A DNA stretch of 63,780 nt, filler included, from Octopus bimaculoides (lineage: Eukaryota), in assembly GCF_001194135.2 (NCBI RefSeq). It is 6 parts of 5 records of this genome, joined end to end, with 100 filler letters (N's around TTAATTAATTAA, not from the genome) between each part and the next. Parts side by side here need not be neighbours in the genome. Positions count along the whole stretch, not along the records: positions 31,072 to 38,933 come from NC_068982.1; positions 39,034 to 51,962 come from NC_068985.1; positions 52,063 to 59,000 come from NC_068995.1; 3 more parts are not named here. One strand, written 5' to 3'. Positions 37,677 through 52,215 of the stretch are shown piece by piece; within the stretch, counting starts at the first letter, position 1; every line of letters starts with the position of its first letter. Position numbers and translations under genes: made by a program. The notes under the pieces were generated by a model. The model searched no databases. It was not told the DNA's origin and saw nothing but the letters and a program-made list of their open reading frames with translations.

Positions 37677-39200
37677 NNNNNNNNNNNNNNNNNNNNNNNN
37701 NNNNNNNNNNNNNNNNNNNNNNNNNNNNNNNNNNNNNNNNNNNNNNNNNNNNNNNNNNNNNNNNNNNNNNNNNNNNNNNNNNNNNNNNNNNNNNNNNNNN
37801 NNNNNNNNNNNNNNNNNNNNNNNNNNNNNNNNNNNNNNNNNNNNNNNNNNNNNNNNNNNNNNNNNNNNNNNNNNNNNNNNNNNNNNNNNNNNNNNNNNNN
37901 NNNNNNNNNNNNNNNNNNNNNNNNNNNNNNNNNNNNNNNNNNNNNNNNNNNNNNNNNNNNNNNNNNNNNNNNNNNNNNNNNNNNNNNNNNNNNNNNNNNN
38001 NNNNNNNNNNNNNNNNNNNNNNNNNNNNNNNNNNNNNNNNNNNNNNNNNNNNNNNNNNNNNNNNNNNNNNNNNNNNNNNNNNNNNNNNNNNNNNNNNNNN
38101 NNNNNNNNNNNNNNNNNNNNNNNNNNNNNNNNNNNNNNNNNNNNNNNNNNNNNNNNNNNNNNNNNNNNNNNATATATATATATATATATAATATGTATAA
38201 TAGTAATATTAGGGATAAAATCCAAAATTACAGGTAAAAACTCAATTAAAATCAATTTATTAAAAATTAAAATTAAATTAGTTTCACAGAGTAAAATCTA
38301 TATAAATATATAGTATTAGGGAAAAGAACCAATGTTCATGAACTCATCGCTGAAAATCCACTGTCACATATAGAAAAATTAATAATTAAAAGCACAATAA
38401 ATGAGTATAATATAATACAAAGTAAATATCATAAGATAAAGATTATATAATCTTTATCTTATGATATTTACTTTCAGAGTTACTTTCCTTAGCGAAAAAA
38501 TACAAAAATGTTACGTTCAAGCAGTAAGGTGGTCCTACTTGCTCCTCTTTCACCAGTGTTCCATCGAAAGTAGGAAATAGCTTAAAAAAACAATATTTTT
38601 TAAACAAAAACAAAAATATATGTAAAGCGTTTAAAATTCCTTGATGTGAACATGTAAAAGATATTACATACGTGAGCAACAGCCACCTAAATAATAATTA
38701 ACGTACTACTTTCTGATGTGGCATAATGTTGTTGCTAATATATAAAAAGCCGTCTCTAAGGAACAGAATATCGTGAATATATCAGATATAAAGAACTATA
38801 CATCTAAACATGAACAATATTCGTGCATCTTTCTGCTCATAACTTCGATCAGATGAAAACAAAACATCGCTCACTCACCCCGAATATATATTACATATAC
38901 AGTTGAAATTGATAGAAAAACAAAAGACGAAACNNNNNNNNNNNNNNNNNNNNNNNNNNNNNNNNNNNNNNNNNNNNTTAATTAATTAANNNNNNNNNNN
39001 NNNNNNNNNNNNNNNNNNNNNNNNNNNNNNNNNGGTGGTGGTGGTGGTGGTGGTGATGGTGGTGGTGGCGATGACGATAATGATGACATCGATGATGATA
39101 ATGATAATGATAACAATAATGATGATGACGACAACGACGATGGTGAATGATAACGGTGACGATGATTTTGATGACTATCATGATAGTGATGATGATGATA

Positions 39201-39236
<36 letters not shown>

Positions 39237-39557
39237 GTGATGGAGTTGATGACGAAAGTGCAGTGACTGACTAAAAACGATCCTAGCGATAATGTCCAAT
39301 TAATACGCATTCTCGCAGTTTACCATCATCCCTGGCACCCAAGTAGTAGTTCGGTGACGTAATTGTAGAAAAATATCAACTCTGTGACCCGACCCACCAT
39401 GCTTTATAGTCACTAACAGACTAGTTTAATTGGTAATGGAATAATGGTTAAACTTACTAGAGATGTATGGCTTCTAATTACCTTTTAGGTGGTCAGTTAA
39501 CCACTCGTCCTATTAGAGGAAAATATACATATATATATATATACATATATATGTATG

Positions 39558-39591
<34 letters not shown>

Positions 39592-40519
39592 TATATNNNN
39601 NNNNNNNNNNNNNNNNNNNNNNNNNNNNNNNNNNNNNNNNNNNNNNNNNNNNNNNNNNNNNNNNNNNNNNNNNNNNNNNNNNNNNNNNNNNNNNNNNNNN
39701 NNNNNNNNNNNNNNNNNNNNNNNNNNNNNNNNNNNNNNNNNNNNNNNNNNNNNNNNNNNNNNNNNNNNNNNNNNNNNNNNNNNNNNNNNNNNNNNNNNNN
39801 NNNNNNNNNNNNNNNNNNNNNNNNNNNNNNNNNNNNNNNNNNNNNNNNNNNNNNNNNNNNNNNNNNNNNNNNNNNNNNNNNNNNNNNNNNNNNNNNNNNN
39901 NNNNNNNNNNNNNNNNNNNNNNNNNNNNNNNNNNNNNNNNNNNNNNNNNNNNNNNNNNNNNNNNNNNNNNNNNNNNNNNNNNNNNNNNNNNNNNNNNNNN
40001 NNNNNNNNNNNNNNNNNNNNNNNNNNNNNNNNNNNNNNNNNNNNNNNNNNNNNNNNNNNNNNNNNNNNNNNNNNNNNNNNNNNNNNNNNNNNNNNNNNNN
40101 NNNNNNNNNNNNNNNNNNNNNNNNNNNNNNNNNNNNNNNNNNNNNNNNNNNNNNNNNNNNNNNNNNNNNNNNNNNNNNNNNNNNNNNNNNNNNNNNNNNN
40201 NNNNNNNNNNNNNNNNNNNNNNNNNNNNNNNNNNNNNNNNNNNNNNNNNNNNNNNNNNNNNNNNNNNNNNNNNNNNNNNNNNNNNNNNNNNNNNNNNNNN
40301 NNNNNNNNNNNNNNNNNNNNNNNNNNNNNNNNNNNNNNNNNNNNNNNNNNNNNNNNNNNNNNNNNNNNNNNNNNNNNNNNNNNNNNNNNNNNNNNNNNNN
40401 NNNNNNNNNNNNNNNNNNNNNNNNNNNNNNNNNNNNNNNNNNNNNNNNNNNNNNNNNNNNNNNNNNNNNNNNNNNNNNNNNNNNNNNNNNNNNNNNNNNN
40501 NNNTATATATATATATATA

Positions 40520-40860
40520 TATATGCATATATGGGTACAGGACGTCACCAACGGTGTAAAGCAACATGAAATACGTGAACAGTAGAGTCAAATGCGTAAA
40601 CAACGAGAGAGAAAAATGGAAAGCAGGACAAGTAAACAAAGAGAAAAGACCTTTCATCAGTTGTCGGCTGTCGATCTACTCCGCATTTCGAGCATTCATA
40701 GACAATATGAGTCTTCAAACATACCTGCTCCCATAAACTCTAAAATAGAATTTTAGGATTTATGGAGGGTCAAAGTTGAGAAGAAAAACAGGACAGTGGA
40801 CGCATACAAGGATGCGTGCTCTGTGATAACCGCCAGTCATAGCCAGTCATAGCGAAACTA
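40520..40860 (-). repeat. Interspersed repeat, homologous to 17020-17335
   Basis: Reverse complement shares several 15-25-bp blocks with 17020-17335. Confidence 0.75.
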
Positions 40861-41377
40861 ATAACTTGGGTATATATGTAAACGTATATATGCCGACTAC
40901 CACACACACACACACACACACATACACACAAATAGATACATGTGCACCTGTGAGTGTTTGTGTAGGTGTGTGAGTATGTCTGTGTATCCCTGCATTGTTT
41001 GTGTGGCCGTTTGTCTGCGTATATATGTATAAGAGTATTCGCATATATACACATATTTTTTTTCAGTTTTTTTCTTTCTACGTTTTCTACTTGCCTTTCG
41101 GACACATTTTCCCCATTATACATCAGTAATGACTTTCTCACTTATAATGCTTTCTCTGTATATTCCAAAAAACGTAATCCTTTATTTTTTTTTTTTTTTG
41201 TAAATAAATTGCATTTTATGTTCGAGGCTCTTACGAAGTCATAAGATGCTATCCTGACACTCAACTAAGAACCCTTTGCACATTATAGCAGAATTAGTTG
41301 CAAGTTAACGAAATTCATTGCATAACTTTTGTTTTTCCTGTGTCAACTCTCTTTCTTATACACACATACACACACAG

Positions 41378-41990
41378 GAGTGGCTGCGTAGTAAGAAACT
41401 TGCTTCCCAACCACGTAATTTCAGGTTCAGTCCCACTGCATGATACTTTGGACAAGTGGCATAGCCTCTGNNNNNNNNNNNNNNNNNNNNNNNNNNNNNN
41501 NNNNNNNNNNNNNNNNNNNNNNNNNNNNNNNNNNNNNNNNNNNNNNNNNNNNNNNNNNNNNNNNNNNNNNNNNNNNNNNNNNNNNNNNNNNNNNNNNNNN
41601 NNNNNNNNNNNNNNNNNNNNNNNNNNNNNNNNNNNNNNNNNNNNNNNNNNNNNNNNNNNNNNNNNNNNNNNNNNNNNNNNNNNNNNNNNNNNNNNNNNNN
41701 NNNNNNNNNNNNNNNNNNNNNNNNNNNNNNNNNNNNNNNNNNNNNNNNNNNNNNNNNNNNNNNNNNNNNNNNNNNNNNNNNNNNNNNNNNNNNNNNNNNN
41801 NNNNNNNNNNNNNNNNNNNNNNNNNNNNNNNNNNNNNNNNNNNNNNNNNNNNNNNNNNNNNNNNNNNNNNNNNNNNNNNNNNNNNNNNNNGTACTAGGCT
41901 TACAAAGAATAAGTCCTGGGGTCGATTTGTTCGTCGAAAGGCGGTGCTCCATCATGGCCGCAGTCAAATGACTGAAACAAATAAAAGAAT
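41378..41990 (+). mobile_element. SINE family B spanning an N gap
   Basis: Head at 41378-41470 and tail at 41891-41990 in the correct order. Confidence 0.75.
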
Positions 41991-42114
41991 ATATATGTAT
42001 GTATGCATGTATGTATGTATGTATGTATGTATGTATGTATGTATGTATGTATGTGTGTGTGTGTGTGTGTGTAAGTGTGTGAGTGTGTGTGTATATATGT
42101 GTGCGTGTGTATGT

Positions 42115-42237
42115 TTCCAAGACTTTCGTCAGCTCGGGGCTACAGTAAAAGAGTCTAGGCCAGGGTGTCACGCAGCGTGACAGAACCAGGAACAATGTGA
42201 TGAGGAAGCAAGCTTATTACCATGCAGTTGCACTTGT
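42115..42237 (-). mobile_element. SINE family B, degenerate 5' half
   Basis: Reverse complement GGTAATAAGCTTGCTTCC..CACATTGTTCCTGGTTC. Confidence 0.55.
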
Positions 42238-43346
42238 AACATGTTGATGAGGACTAATGCTACAGACTGTGAGAGATTCGAATAATCTCTATCAAATAAT
42301 TAATGTAATTTGTCCCTCTTCTCATCTCCGTCATTAACAATTTTTCCGCACCTGATTCACTTAAGTATTTCATTACAAATAACAAAAGGTGTCATTTTAA
42401 AAATGGACTTAATCTTTATTTATAAACGACTCGCTTGATGAGAAGAAAATTAGTGACATTCGTACAACTCTTTGTATATATACTTATGCGTGATTATCTT
42501 AGCTTCTGTTTGTGTGTACGTGTGTATGTGTGTTTGTGAATGTGCTTGTGTATGTGTGTTTGTGAATGTGATGTGTGTGTGTGTGTGTGTGTGTGTGTGT
42601 TGTGTGTGTGTGTTGCGTGTGTGTGTGTGTGTTTGTGTGTGTGTTGTGTGTGTGTGTGTGTGGGCAGAATATGTTAACTTTAGTGTATTTGTCGGCATAT
42701 GTAAATATGATATGGCTGTAATTGAGCATGAGTAGGTGTGTATGTATGTATATTAATAAACCTATCCCCTCTCTCTCTTATACATTCACACAAACATGTA
42801 TGTATATATATATGTGTGTTAGTATATAGGTATATGTGTGTATGTGCGGTGCGTGTGTGCGCGTCAACCTGTGCGTGTGTGTGTGTGTGAATGTGGGTAA
42901 GTGTTGGAGGAGGCTCGAGTAACTGCGTTGGCGTAAAAAATGTTTGGAGTCCGTTCATTATTTGGCATTGAGAACCTACGTGACTAATTTTCTAATATGG
43001 AGAATTAGAGATGAAACAGTTTACAGTTGTATTTCTTGTGTTGGACACGTTACAAAATAAGTTCTGGTATATGGAGCATTAAGCACTGAAATTACAGTTT
43101 AATACTTTTAAAGAAAAAGATCGAAACGGAGGAAGTAAAAATTGAGAGTGACTGAGAAGAAAATGAAAGTACGAGAGAAAGATGTTAATACACTACCAAC
43201 ATATATATCTATCTGTCTATCTATCTATCTAACTATCTGTCTGTCTGTCTATCTATCTGTCTGCCTGTCTGTCTGTCTGTCTGTCTCCTTTCTTATCTAT
43301 TTACCTACATCTCCCCTCCCCACCTTTCTCTGTGTGTGTGTGTGTG

Positions 43347-43393
<47 letters not shown>

Positions 43394-43559
43394 GAGATAA
43401 GGGTAGAAATTGATTTTAATCAATTAAAACCAGTGGCTTAGCATATTTAAAAATCCGAAGATTAAAAATTGTGTTACATACAAAATTAAGAGGAATGACC
43501 ACTAAAGTGGAAACCTAATTTGCTAAACATAGACTTCAAATCGCCATTACCACGAAGAG

Positions 43560-43830
43560 TGAGTTCTCAAGAAAAATCTCATCAAAATGCCAAAATGTAA
43601 AAATGAGCAAGACAAATGAAAATATAGGATATAAAAACCGTAGTAGATATGAGGAGCATAGCAAATCCACGTTCCTAGCCAACCACATACACCACCTGAT
43701 ATGTAAGAAAATACCATAAAGAATAATCTAGGCCATAATAGATTCTGGCTTCCCATACCAAGGCCAGCACTCTGCATGTGCACTCTGGCTGAAGGAAGCG
43801 CTCCAAATATAAATTCATGATTCGCCACAA
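43560..43830 (+). mobile_element. Penelope-like GIY-YIG endonuclease C-terminal fragment
   Basis: Translates RYEEHSKSTFLANHIHHLICKKIP*RII*AIIDSGFPYQGQHSACALWLKEALQI, same PLE C-terminal pattern as 18520-18790. Confidence 0.6.
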
Positions 43831-44289
43831 TTACTTAATAGTCAGTATAAAGCAGTCTCTTCATCCAAACGTAAGTTTAGGTTCTTCCACAGGCCTAAAT
43901 GCAAATAAAATCACGCATGACACTTGCCTCTCTACATTCACAGTCGTTGCAATATACATACGCTTTTCCTTTATCTATTAATATTTCCACCTCAACATAA
44001 ATATCTTAGAAGTTCGCTAGCTGCAATAATCTTTTTAATTCTTACTTGTTTATCAATTTTTAATTCTGCTTTTGAACTTTTAATTTAAAATATATTCCCG
44101 TAAGTTAAGCATCTATTTCTAGCATTTTTTACTCTCCTTACAGACCACTGAAGTAAAATTAAATATTCTTTCTGACCACCCTGAACCTAGAATTCATCTA
44201 TCTATTTAATTTCCCTTTAATAACCATAAATACCTTCCTCCTCCACTTTAAAAAAACCTTACCCCCCACACCAAAATTACTGTTTCATT

Positions 44290-47200
44290 CCTTCTGGGTT
44301 AGTAGACATCAACTGACGAGAGTCTGAAATTGCAGTCGAAATAGTGGGGTACAACGTATACCACTGACATTTAGTGCATAGCATGTATGCACTTTGTTAG
44401 ATAACAACGGACTAGGAAGGCTTGCAAGAAAGTCGGTCCCTGTTGGTAAAGAATTATCGAGGGACAACATTGACATAGCTACTCTCAGCAAAACAAGGCT
44501 TCCAGAATCCAGGAAACTCCAGTCAAAGAAGGATAAGGAGGAGGAGCACGAAGCTGGTGTAGGTTTTTCAGTGAAAAACAGCCTAGCAAAAAATTACCGT
44601 CCTTCCAAAAGCCATCGATGATTGGCGTATGATTCTGAGACTGGCAGCGAAAGGAAATAATTTTCTCAACATTGTGAGCTGCTTTTTCCCCACAACATCT
44701 AATGACCAAGCATTGAAAATGAAACTCTGTGAAAAATTTTCATCTCTAATTTCTCTCATTCCACAAAAAGAAAACCTCATACTACTGGAAGACATTAATG
44801 CCAGAATTGGAACAAATAAAGTTGGCAATTGCAATTCCATCAATGGATTTTTGCTCCAGTTCTGCACTGTGAATCCGTTGCTCCTGAAAAACACCACGTT
44901 TATACTGCTTTTTGGGAACCACACATCTTGGATGCACCTCCAATCTAAACACTGACACTTGACTGACTTCATCATTTGTTGTCAGAAAGGTCGGTACACC
45001 ATGTGTTTGCCAAGTGTTTATATGGCGCTGATTAATAGACTGACCAACGGCTAATGATAGCTTAATGTAAACTCAAAATGAAGATGAGAAGACGACTTCA
45101 TGACAGAGCAATAGAAACTGCTCTGAACCTCAACAAACTCAGATCCAAGAATACGCATGCTATGCTGGAAGATACATAAACACACTCATTTGAGACAGTG
45201 AATGACATTGAAGAAAAATGGATGAAATTCCACGCTACTGTTTATGCATCATCCCTTGAAGACCAAAGGAAAATAGAACGCAAACACAATGACTAGTTTG
45301 ATGAGAATGACGATAAGATATCAGAATTGTTAAACAGGAAGGAGCAATTACAACAAAAGCTTCTTGCAAACAATGCACAAGGAAATGAATCAGCATATAG
45401 GAGTTGTCCCCTAGTACAGAAAAGCTTCTCAATTTGGAAAATGAGTGATTTCAGCAACGAGCTAGCGAAATATATCATGAAGCCTAGATGGAAGATATTA
45501 AAGGCATTTATACAACGATTCATGCTATATATAGACCTCAAAAAGCAAGAACGGCCCCCTTGCTCAGCGTGAATGATCTTACTTTATTGATAAAAAAATC
45601 GTTGATACTAAAGTGATGACAGAACACTGATTCTCTCTTAAATTGTCTCGCTCATATAATCGTGTACATCAGGTGCCCACTAACTATTGAGTGTTTCATT
45701 ACACTTGGTGAAATTCAATTGACAACCAAAGGCTCAACCATCGGTAAATACCCTGCGTCTGAGGAAATTCCTACTTAGATCTATAGACATGGCGAACGGA
45801 AATTTGGGAACACGGTCTAATTGCACCAGAATTCTAAGATGTCTGAATTGTACACCTTTATAAAATAAAAGGAATCCTCCTAGAGTGAAAGAACCAGAGG
45901 AAATATCAATACTGCCCATTGCAGCATAATGCTGGTAGGGATCATGCTCAATCGGCTCAAACAACGTCTTAAGTCTGGGCTTCTTGATAAAGGTCAGTGT
46001 GGTTTTAGAAAAACATGTGGGGGCCACGGACATCATCTTTGCTACAAGGCAGCTTCATGAAAAATGTCAGGATCAAAACCAAGACCTCTACACCTTGTTC
46101 ATCGACCTGACCAGGGCTTTTTAAGCAGAATCGGCCCTTAGGAGAAATAATGAAGAAAGTTGGTTGCCTAGGCAAATTCATTAGCTTGATGCATAAATTT
46201 TAGGATGGCATGCAAGCTTGTGTCATAAATGATCGGGTATTTTCCGCACCTTCCATTGTTGCTAACGGGGTGAGACATGGTTTTGTTCTAGTACTCACAC
46301 TCTTCAGTTTGATGCGTTACGCAATGTTTCATGATGCATTCACCCATGAAACACCATATATGGTTACGACGGTAGTCGTTTTAACATCAGATAGCAAGAT
46401 GATTCCCAATATAGTCGTGCTCGAGAGAGAACTAATGTACGATATGAAGCAATTTTACTCAGGACTTCGTGAGGTATACGGACCACAATGATGAGACATC
46501 ATAAAACTCATAGCTCTTGACGGAAAAACAGTACTCCAGGAAACTTCGGAGATCATTGATAGATTTGCCAATCACTTTTACAGTCTGCTTAATATCTCAG
46601 GTATTGTGGATATCTTGACTCGTATTCTTCTAAACAAACTAACTATTTTTCAAAATGTTTTATTTGAGACTCAGTGTGGCTTCCTGTGCGATAAAAGTAA
46701 TGGGGACATGATCTTGTCTTTGCCAAGAATAAGAAAATGTATTGAACATAACATGCCTATGGATGCAGTATTCATAGACTTCACAAAGGCTTTTGACTCC
46801 GTATCTCGTGATGGACTTTGGGTGGTTCTTAAGAAATATGAATGTCCTCGAAGTTTCGTCAACTTGGTTATAGCTGCACAAGGGAATGCAAGCATTTGTC
46901 GTACAAGACAACAAAATTTCAAAGCGAGGTTTTGGGGACATATCAAGTTAACAAGGGGGCGTAGTTGCTCCAGCATTGTTCTTCTATCTTGTAACAATGA
47001 TAGAAGTTGCCTTTGGATAAGCTGGAGGTGGGGATTTACATCCAGACGCGACATGATGCTGATCTGTTCAATGCTGCACAGTATAAAGTAAAGCTGTGCT
47101 ATACGAAGGCCCTAGTACGAACGATGCTGTTTGCTGACGATAGTGCTCCGGTTGCCCACGGCGCTGAAGATAGGCAGAATCTGGTAGAGAACTTTGTCAG

Positions 47201-47500
47201 AGCTGCACAACATTTCAGCTTAACGATTACCATTAGAAAAATTAAATACCTTCAACAACCTGTGGAGAACCTGCTTCCGTAACAGAAGAAAACATTACTA
47301 TTAGACATGAAAGGACAATAGCAGACTCCCCAAACAACTTTACTCCAAACGATGAAAGGAGAAAGGAGACTATGACAGACCTAGAATGAGATTCAAATAT
47401 ACAGCAAAAAGGAATGTAAAGTAGAAAGAAATTATAATAATAAGTGGCAAACTGAAGCGAAAAACCGACCAATATGGAGAAAGCTTATCGAGTCATATTA
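44290..47500 (+). mobile_element. RTE-BovB-like LINE(s), decayed: endonuclease, linker, two RT segments, C-terminus
   Basis: ELSRDNIDIATLSKTRL, EAGVGFSVKNSL, LILLEDINARIG (EN); GQCGFR, NGVRHGFVL; second RT QCGF, VFIDFTKAFDSVSRDGLW, MLFADDSA; C-terminus DRPRMRFKYTAKRN..WQTEAKNRPIWRKLI. Confidence 0.9.
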
Positions 47501-48419
47501 AAGTAATGAACACTCACACTCACAACCGACTTCAAAAGTTTATTAAAATATCTTCTTAAATTGAGAGCAAGACACTTTTGCAAACAGTTGAAAATATATA
47601 CAGTAACAAATCTGTATGAGCAGATATCAATAGATTTATGTAGGTGAACAATTTCTATAAAACTTGTATGTATGGGTGAGAATGAGTGCGTTTATATGAG
47701 TATGTGGCTGTGTGCGAGTGTGTGCGCACAAATATAGATATATTTTGAAAGAAAATCTTTCATTTTCTTTTCTTTAAATATAATGTATGTTATTTCAATC
47801 AATTGTATTTGATATAGTAAATGTCATTTGCCGACATAACATAGCAGTCCTGGTTAAGGACAATGCTACTGCTTTACAAATAGTAATTTTCTATTTTATA
47901 TATATTTTCTTTTATACCAACAAAATTTCTCTATTGTCAACGTGGTATTCATTCCATGTATTTCTTTTGTTATCGTTGATACTCTTGGTTTGAAAGCATT
48001 TAAGTAATTGCTGTGCAAAAGAACAATCCACACACACGGACGAACACACACAACACACTTCTTACGAACTAAAATATAATGAACTGTGTAAAGCTGAATT
48101 ATGCGTATTACGATAAACACATCAGATCACCTGACATCAAAGAAAATATGACGATCCCAAACCAACCTAACCGGATATAATTTCAACAAAGTTCCGTATA
48201 CGAAATTCTCAAGTCCATCAACTGTTTGTCTCAAATATTCCGACGCAGTGGTATTCCTGCAAGAAGAGAGATTTGGTCGACACCATCGACTCCACTACTT
48301 GACTTGTACTTAATTCTAAATCCCTGATAAAGGAAAGGTGACCTCACCAGAAAATATAGCCTTGTGACTTCATGTTGTCAGGTGACTGATTTTGAGACGT
48401 CATCGTCACTTCAGACTTT

Positions 48420-48634
48420 CCTTTTACTTTTGTACTTCTTCCTTCAATTATTGGACTGCGGACATGCTGAGTCAACATCATAAGGGGTTTAGTCGAAATA
48501 ATCGACCCCGGTACTTATTTTTACAGTCTATCGATCTTTTTTGCCGAAGCGCCAAATTAGAAAGGCGTTAATAAAACCAAGTGTCGGGTGGGAGTCCAAT
48601 CACACAGACGCAGATATAGACACATATACCACCC

Positions 48635-48686
<52 letters not shown>

Positions 48687-48780
48687 GGCGGAGTTCCACA
48701 CAGTTTTCGCCTACCAAATTCACTCACAAGGCATTAGTAGTCTCGTTGCTACAGTAGAAGCCATTTTCCAAAGGTGACGT
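48420..48780 (-). mobile_element. SINE family B, degenerate
   Basis: GGACTGCGGACATGCTG...TAGTCGAAATAATCGACCCC...CCAAATTCACTCACAAGGC. Confidence 0.7.
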
Positions 48781-49082
48781 GCTAAATGAAATGAAATAAA
48801 ATAAACCAAAATGGTGCATATTCGAGCTTCTACTATGATTGAATCTACCTTTCAACTGTCCAGTATCATCACACTGGGTTATAAACTTGTAAAGGAATCG
48901 TATTAGCACGATCGTTAGAGCGTTAAATAGAATGACATGCGCTATCAATACTGAGTTCAAGTTCAAACTAGCTTCCCGCCAATGGATGCTGGACTGGTCG
49001 AATTGTTAGAAAACCAGACACAATATTAATTGTATTTAAGTTCGAGTCATTAAATCCCGAGTTCAAATCCTGCGGTTGTAAG

Positions 49083-49470
49083 TGAAGGCATGGCTGTGCT
49101 TAAACTTGCATTGCAAAATGTGGTTTTGGGTTTAATTTCACAGCTTGAGCGAGTGTCTTCTCTTAAATACCTAGGTTGACCCATGTACTGTGAGTGAATT
49201 TGTTTGAAGGAAACTTTGAGGAAGCCCTCGTATATATGTATGCTGGTGTGAGCCTTTGTGTTTGTGATTGTCCCCTCTTCACCGTCAACAACCAGTTCCG
49301 ATTTGTTTACTTCCCCTCAACTTAACAGTTTGGCAAAACCGACTGATAAGAATAATCGTGAGACTTTAAAGACCAAGGCAAAAAGTATTGTGGCCAATAT
49401 TTGATTAAACCCTTTGATACGATACCCCAGCATGGCCGCAGTCAACTAACTGAAAGAAGTAAAATTAAAA
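49083..49470 (+). mobile_element. SINE family B, old copy
   Basis: GTGAGTGAATTTG..GAAGGAAACT body and CCCCAGCATGGCCGCAGTCAA tail. Confidence 0.7.
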
Positions 49471-50579
49471 GAAAGATATCACTTTTACTTTTAATCCCTC
49501 CAGGCTCGATCAAAATAAAGTATCAGTCAAATATTAGAATCTATGTTATCGACGAACCCTTTTCCCAAATTTGTGACCAGGTATCTATGATAGCAATTAT
49601 TATTTACTTGACGCTCTCACAACCATACACGAAAGCTTCCACAAAATATAACACATTGGCTTTAAAGGAGGACAATATAGATAAGATCGAATAGATTGAA
49701 ACCACCGGATTCATCTAGTGGCTTGTTTGACCAGATCTTATTTTAAAGTCAATCGGTGAAATTGGAGCCTCTTTTAACCTAATCTTCTCTAACATAGCTT
49801 CGTTTTAGGCTATTAGACTACACTGAAGTCCCAGTAAACTTTATATGAGCTATGTTGACCTTTTAAGCGATTGGGTGATATTAAAGTCGCCATCTGCTGA
49901 ATCGTCCTACATAATTCAGCTTTACTCTCAGTATAGAATCACATCAGAATTAAATTTTCAATTGTTCTTAAAAGTGCTTCAAAATAATAGTTCCAAAGTT
50001 TAGCACGAAGTCATAAATTTTGTGGGAAGGACTAAATGGATTACTTGGCCACCTGTGTTCAACTGATAGTCCTTTTATCGAACTCGAAAGGATGAAAAAC
50101 GAGGTTGAACCCTAACTGCTAGATACTCGGTTAGAAACCACGAACGAACGAACGAACGAACCACAACAGTTTTAGGGAATTGACCTATAATTCGACCAAT
50201 CAGCGTGAATCTGTGGCATGATACGGTTATCTTGAATTTTGTATAATTAACCCTCTGTCACCTTGTAAAAACCGTTTGGTGTTCAGCTCAGAACCGAAAT
50301 GGCCAACAGACCACTGAAGCTACGGACCACCACGGACAGCTACGGATCACAACATTTGACACGCACACTACAACAATGCTGAAATGATATTTATGCAACA
50401 ATGATAGTTAAGCCTGCCAATTCGACAATGACGACCCATAAATTTGAAGCATATCGTCAGTGGCCAGCTCAACTGAAGCAACAAGTAAACCACGCGACAA
50501 CGCTAAGCATTTTATCCGACTCGCGAGCGATTCTGCCAACCAACCGCCTTTTCGGGCTTTAAAATGATTCTTTATATTA

Positions 50580-50790
50580 TAAGCACAGAGCCTGAAATTT
50601 TAAGGGACAGTCTAGCCAATTTCATCGGCCCCAGTGCTCGTATGGTACCTATTTCATTCACCCCGAAAGAATGAAAATAAACGCGCCCTTGGTGGATTTT
50701 GTACACAAAATAAAAAGTCGAAAAAAGTACTTTCTATATTACTTCGCATATTTCCCGACGCGCTAGCAATTCCGCCAGCTCACCGCTTGA
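50580..50790 (-). mobile_element. SINE family A, degenerate (further fragments at 49990-50110 and 50495-50550)
   Basis: Reverse complement AAGCGGTGAGCTGGCGGAATTGCTAGCGCGTCGGG head. Confidence 0.65.
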
Positions 50791-51912
50791 GAGTAACAAA
50801 GTTATTCTCTCGTGGATATGTTAGATAATATGCACGACCTTGATTCAAAGGGAAGAAGAAAAGAAAAGCGATGGGATTGCCATAACTGGAACACGAAGTA
50901 ATGCGAAACAATAGCAACAATATCAATTACACGTTTAGAGAAAGTGCTGTGCCGTCTCTCTGTCTGTTGTAACCTTATTACAGTGGTTAGAGTTTCCCTG
51001 ACCAAACTTATTATTGTCTTTGATTACATAAAATACACACAGACATCTTAAACGGACCCCAATTTCAGCAGTACATATTCAGGGTACAAAAAGAAATGCT
51101 AGTGTATTAAAGCATGTAATACAGGCCCAAATTCGCATATAGAACCCCGGACGATCTTTTGAGATTTTATTGTTTTTTTGACAGAAAAGTAGTCTTGCAT
51201 ATCATCAAATACGCTATTCTTCTCCAAGCCAATCAGGTTAAAGTGTCATGCTTTCTCTGAACAATCCTTGTGTGTCTCAACTACACAAACACTGCATTAA
51301 ATTAAGTCTTTGCTTGATTTTCTTCTCTCTAACCACAACCCGTCACCCCTCATCACAACTACTAAGTTCAAGGATTTGAACTTCTCTACATTAAGATCTG
51401 ACATGTAAGATCTTCTCTACCCTGGCTCATTTTGTTCAATGTTGACTGCATCGATTACGGGCTCATAATGTGATGAACTATATCTACCAACAATATTATG
51501 GATCTTCGAGCCCCCAGAAACAGCTGTTCGACTTATAACATCTTTCATTCACCTCTTTAATTTTCTCTCGTTTGCTCTCTGTGCATGTTGGGCCTATTAA
51601 TATAAATATCTATTTTATTTATACTTAAAAATTCATCATCTTAAAATCTTCACATTTTGCTTTCTCTTTGTTTGCATGTATACACATATACATATTTTGT
51701 ATTTCATAACCTAACAATTATATCTAATATATCTGATATATTTAATATATTTAATGTATCTAATTTGTTTCTCCTCATAATTACCTCTATATCAGTTCTC
51801 TTATGGCCTTGTTGAATCAATACCCTGTAAGGCCATCGCGGTCTAGGTTTGAATCTTTTGAGCACTACAAAGTGTTTTCAATACTGAGAATCTCTGGATC
51901 TCATCCATGAAC

Positions 51913-51959
<47 letters not shown>

Positions 51960-52062
51960 TCTNNNNNNNNNNNNNNNNNNNNNNNNNNNNNNNNNNNNNN
52001 NNNNNNTTAATTAATTAANNNNNNNNNNNNNNNNNNNNNNNNNNNNNNNNNNNNNNNNNNNN

Positions 52063-52215
<153 letters not shown>

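Noticed and set aside
50194-50203. Perfect CCAAT box GACCAATCAG
   Set aside because: Isolated motif among SINE fragments, with no supported transcript.
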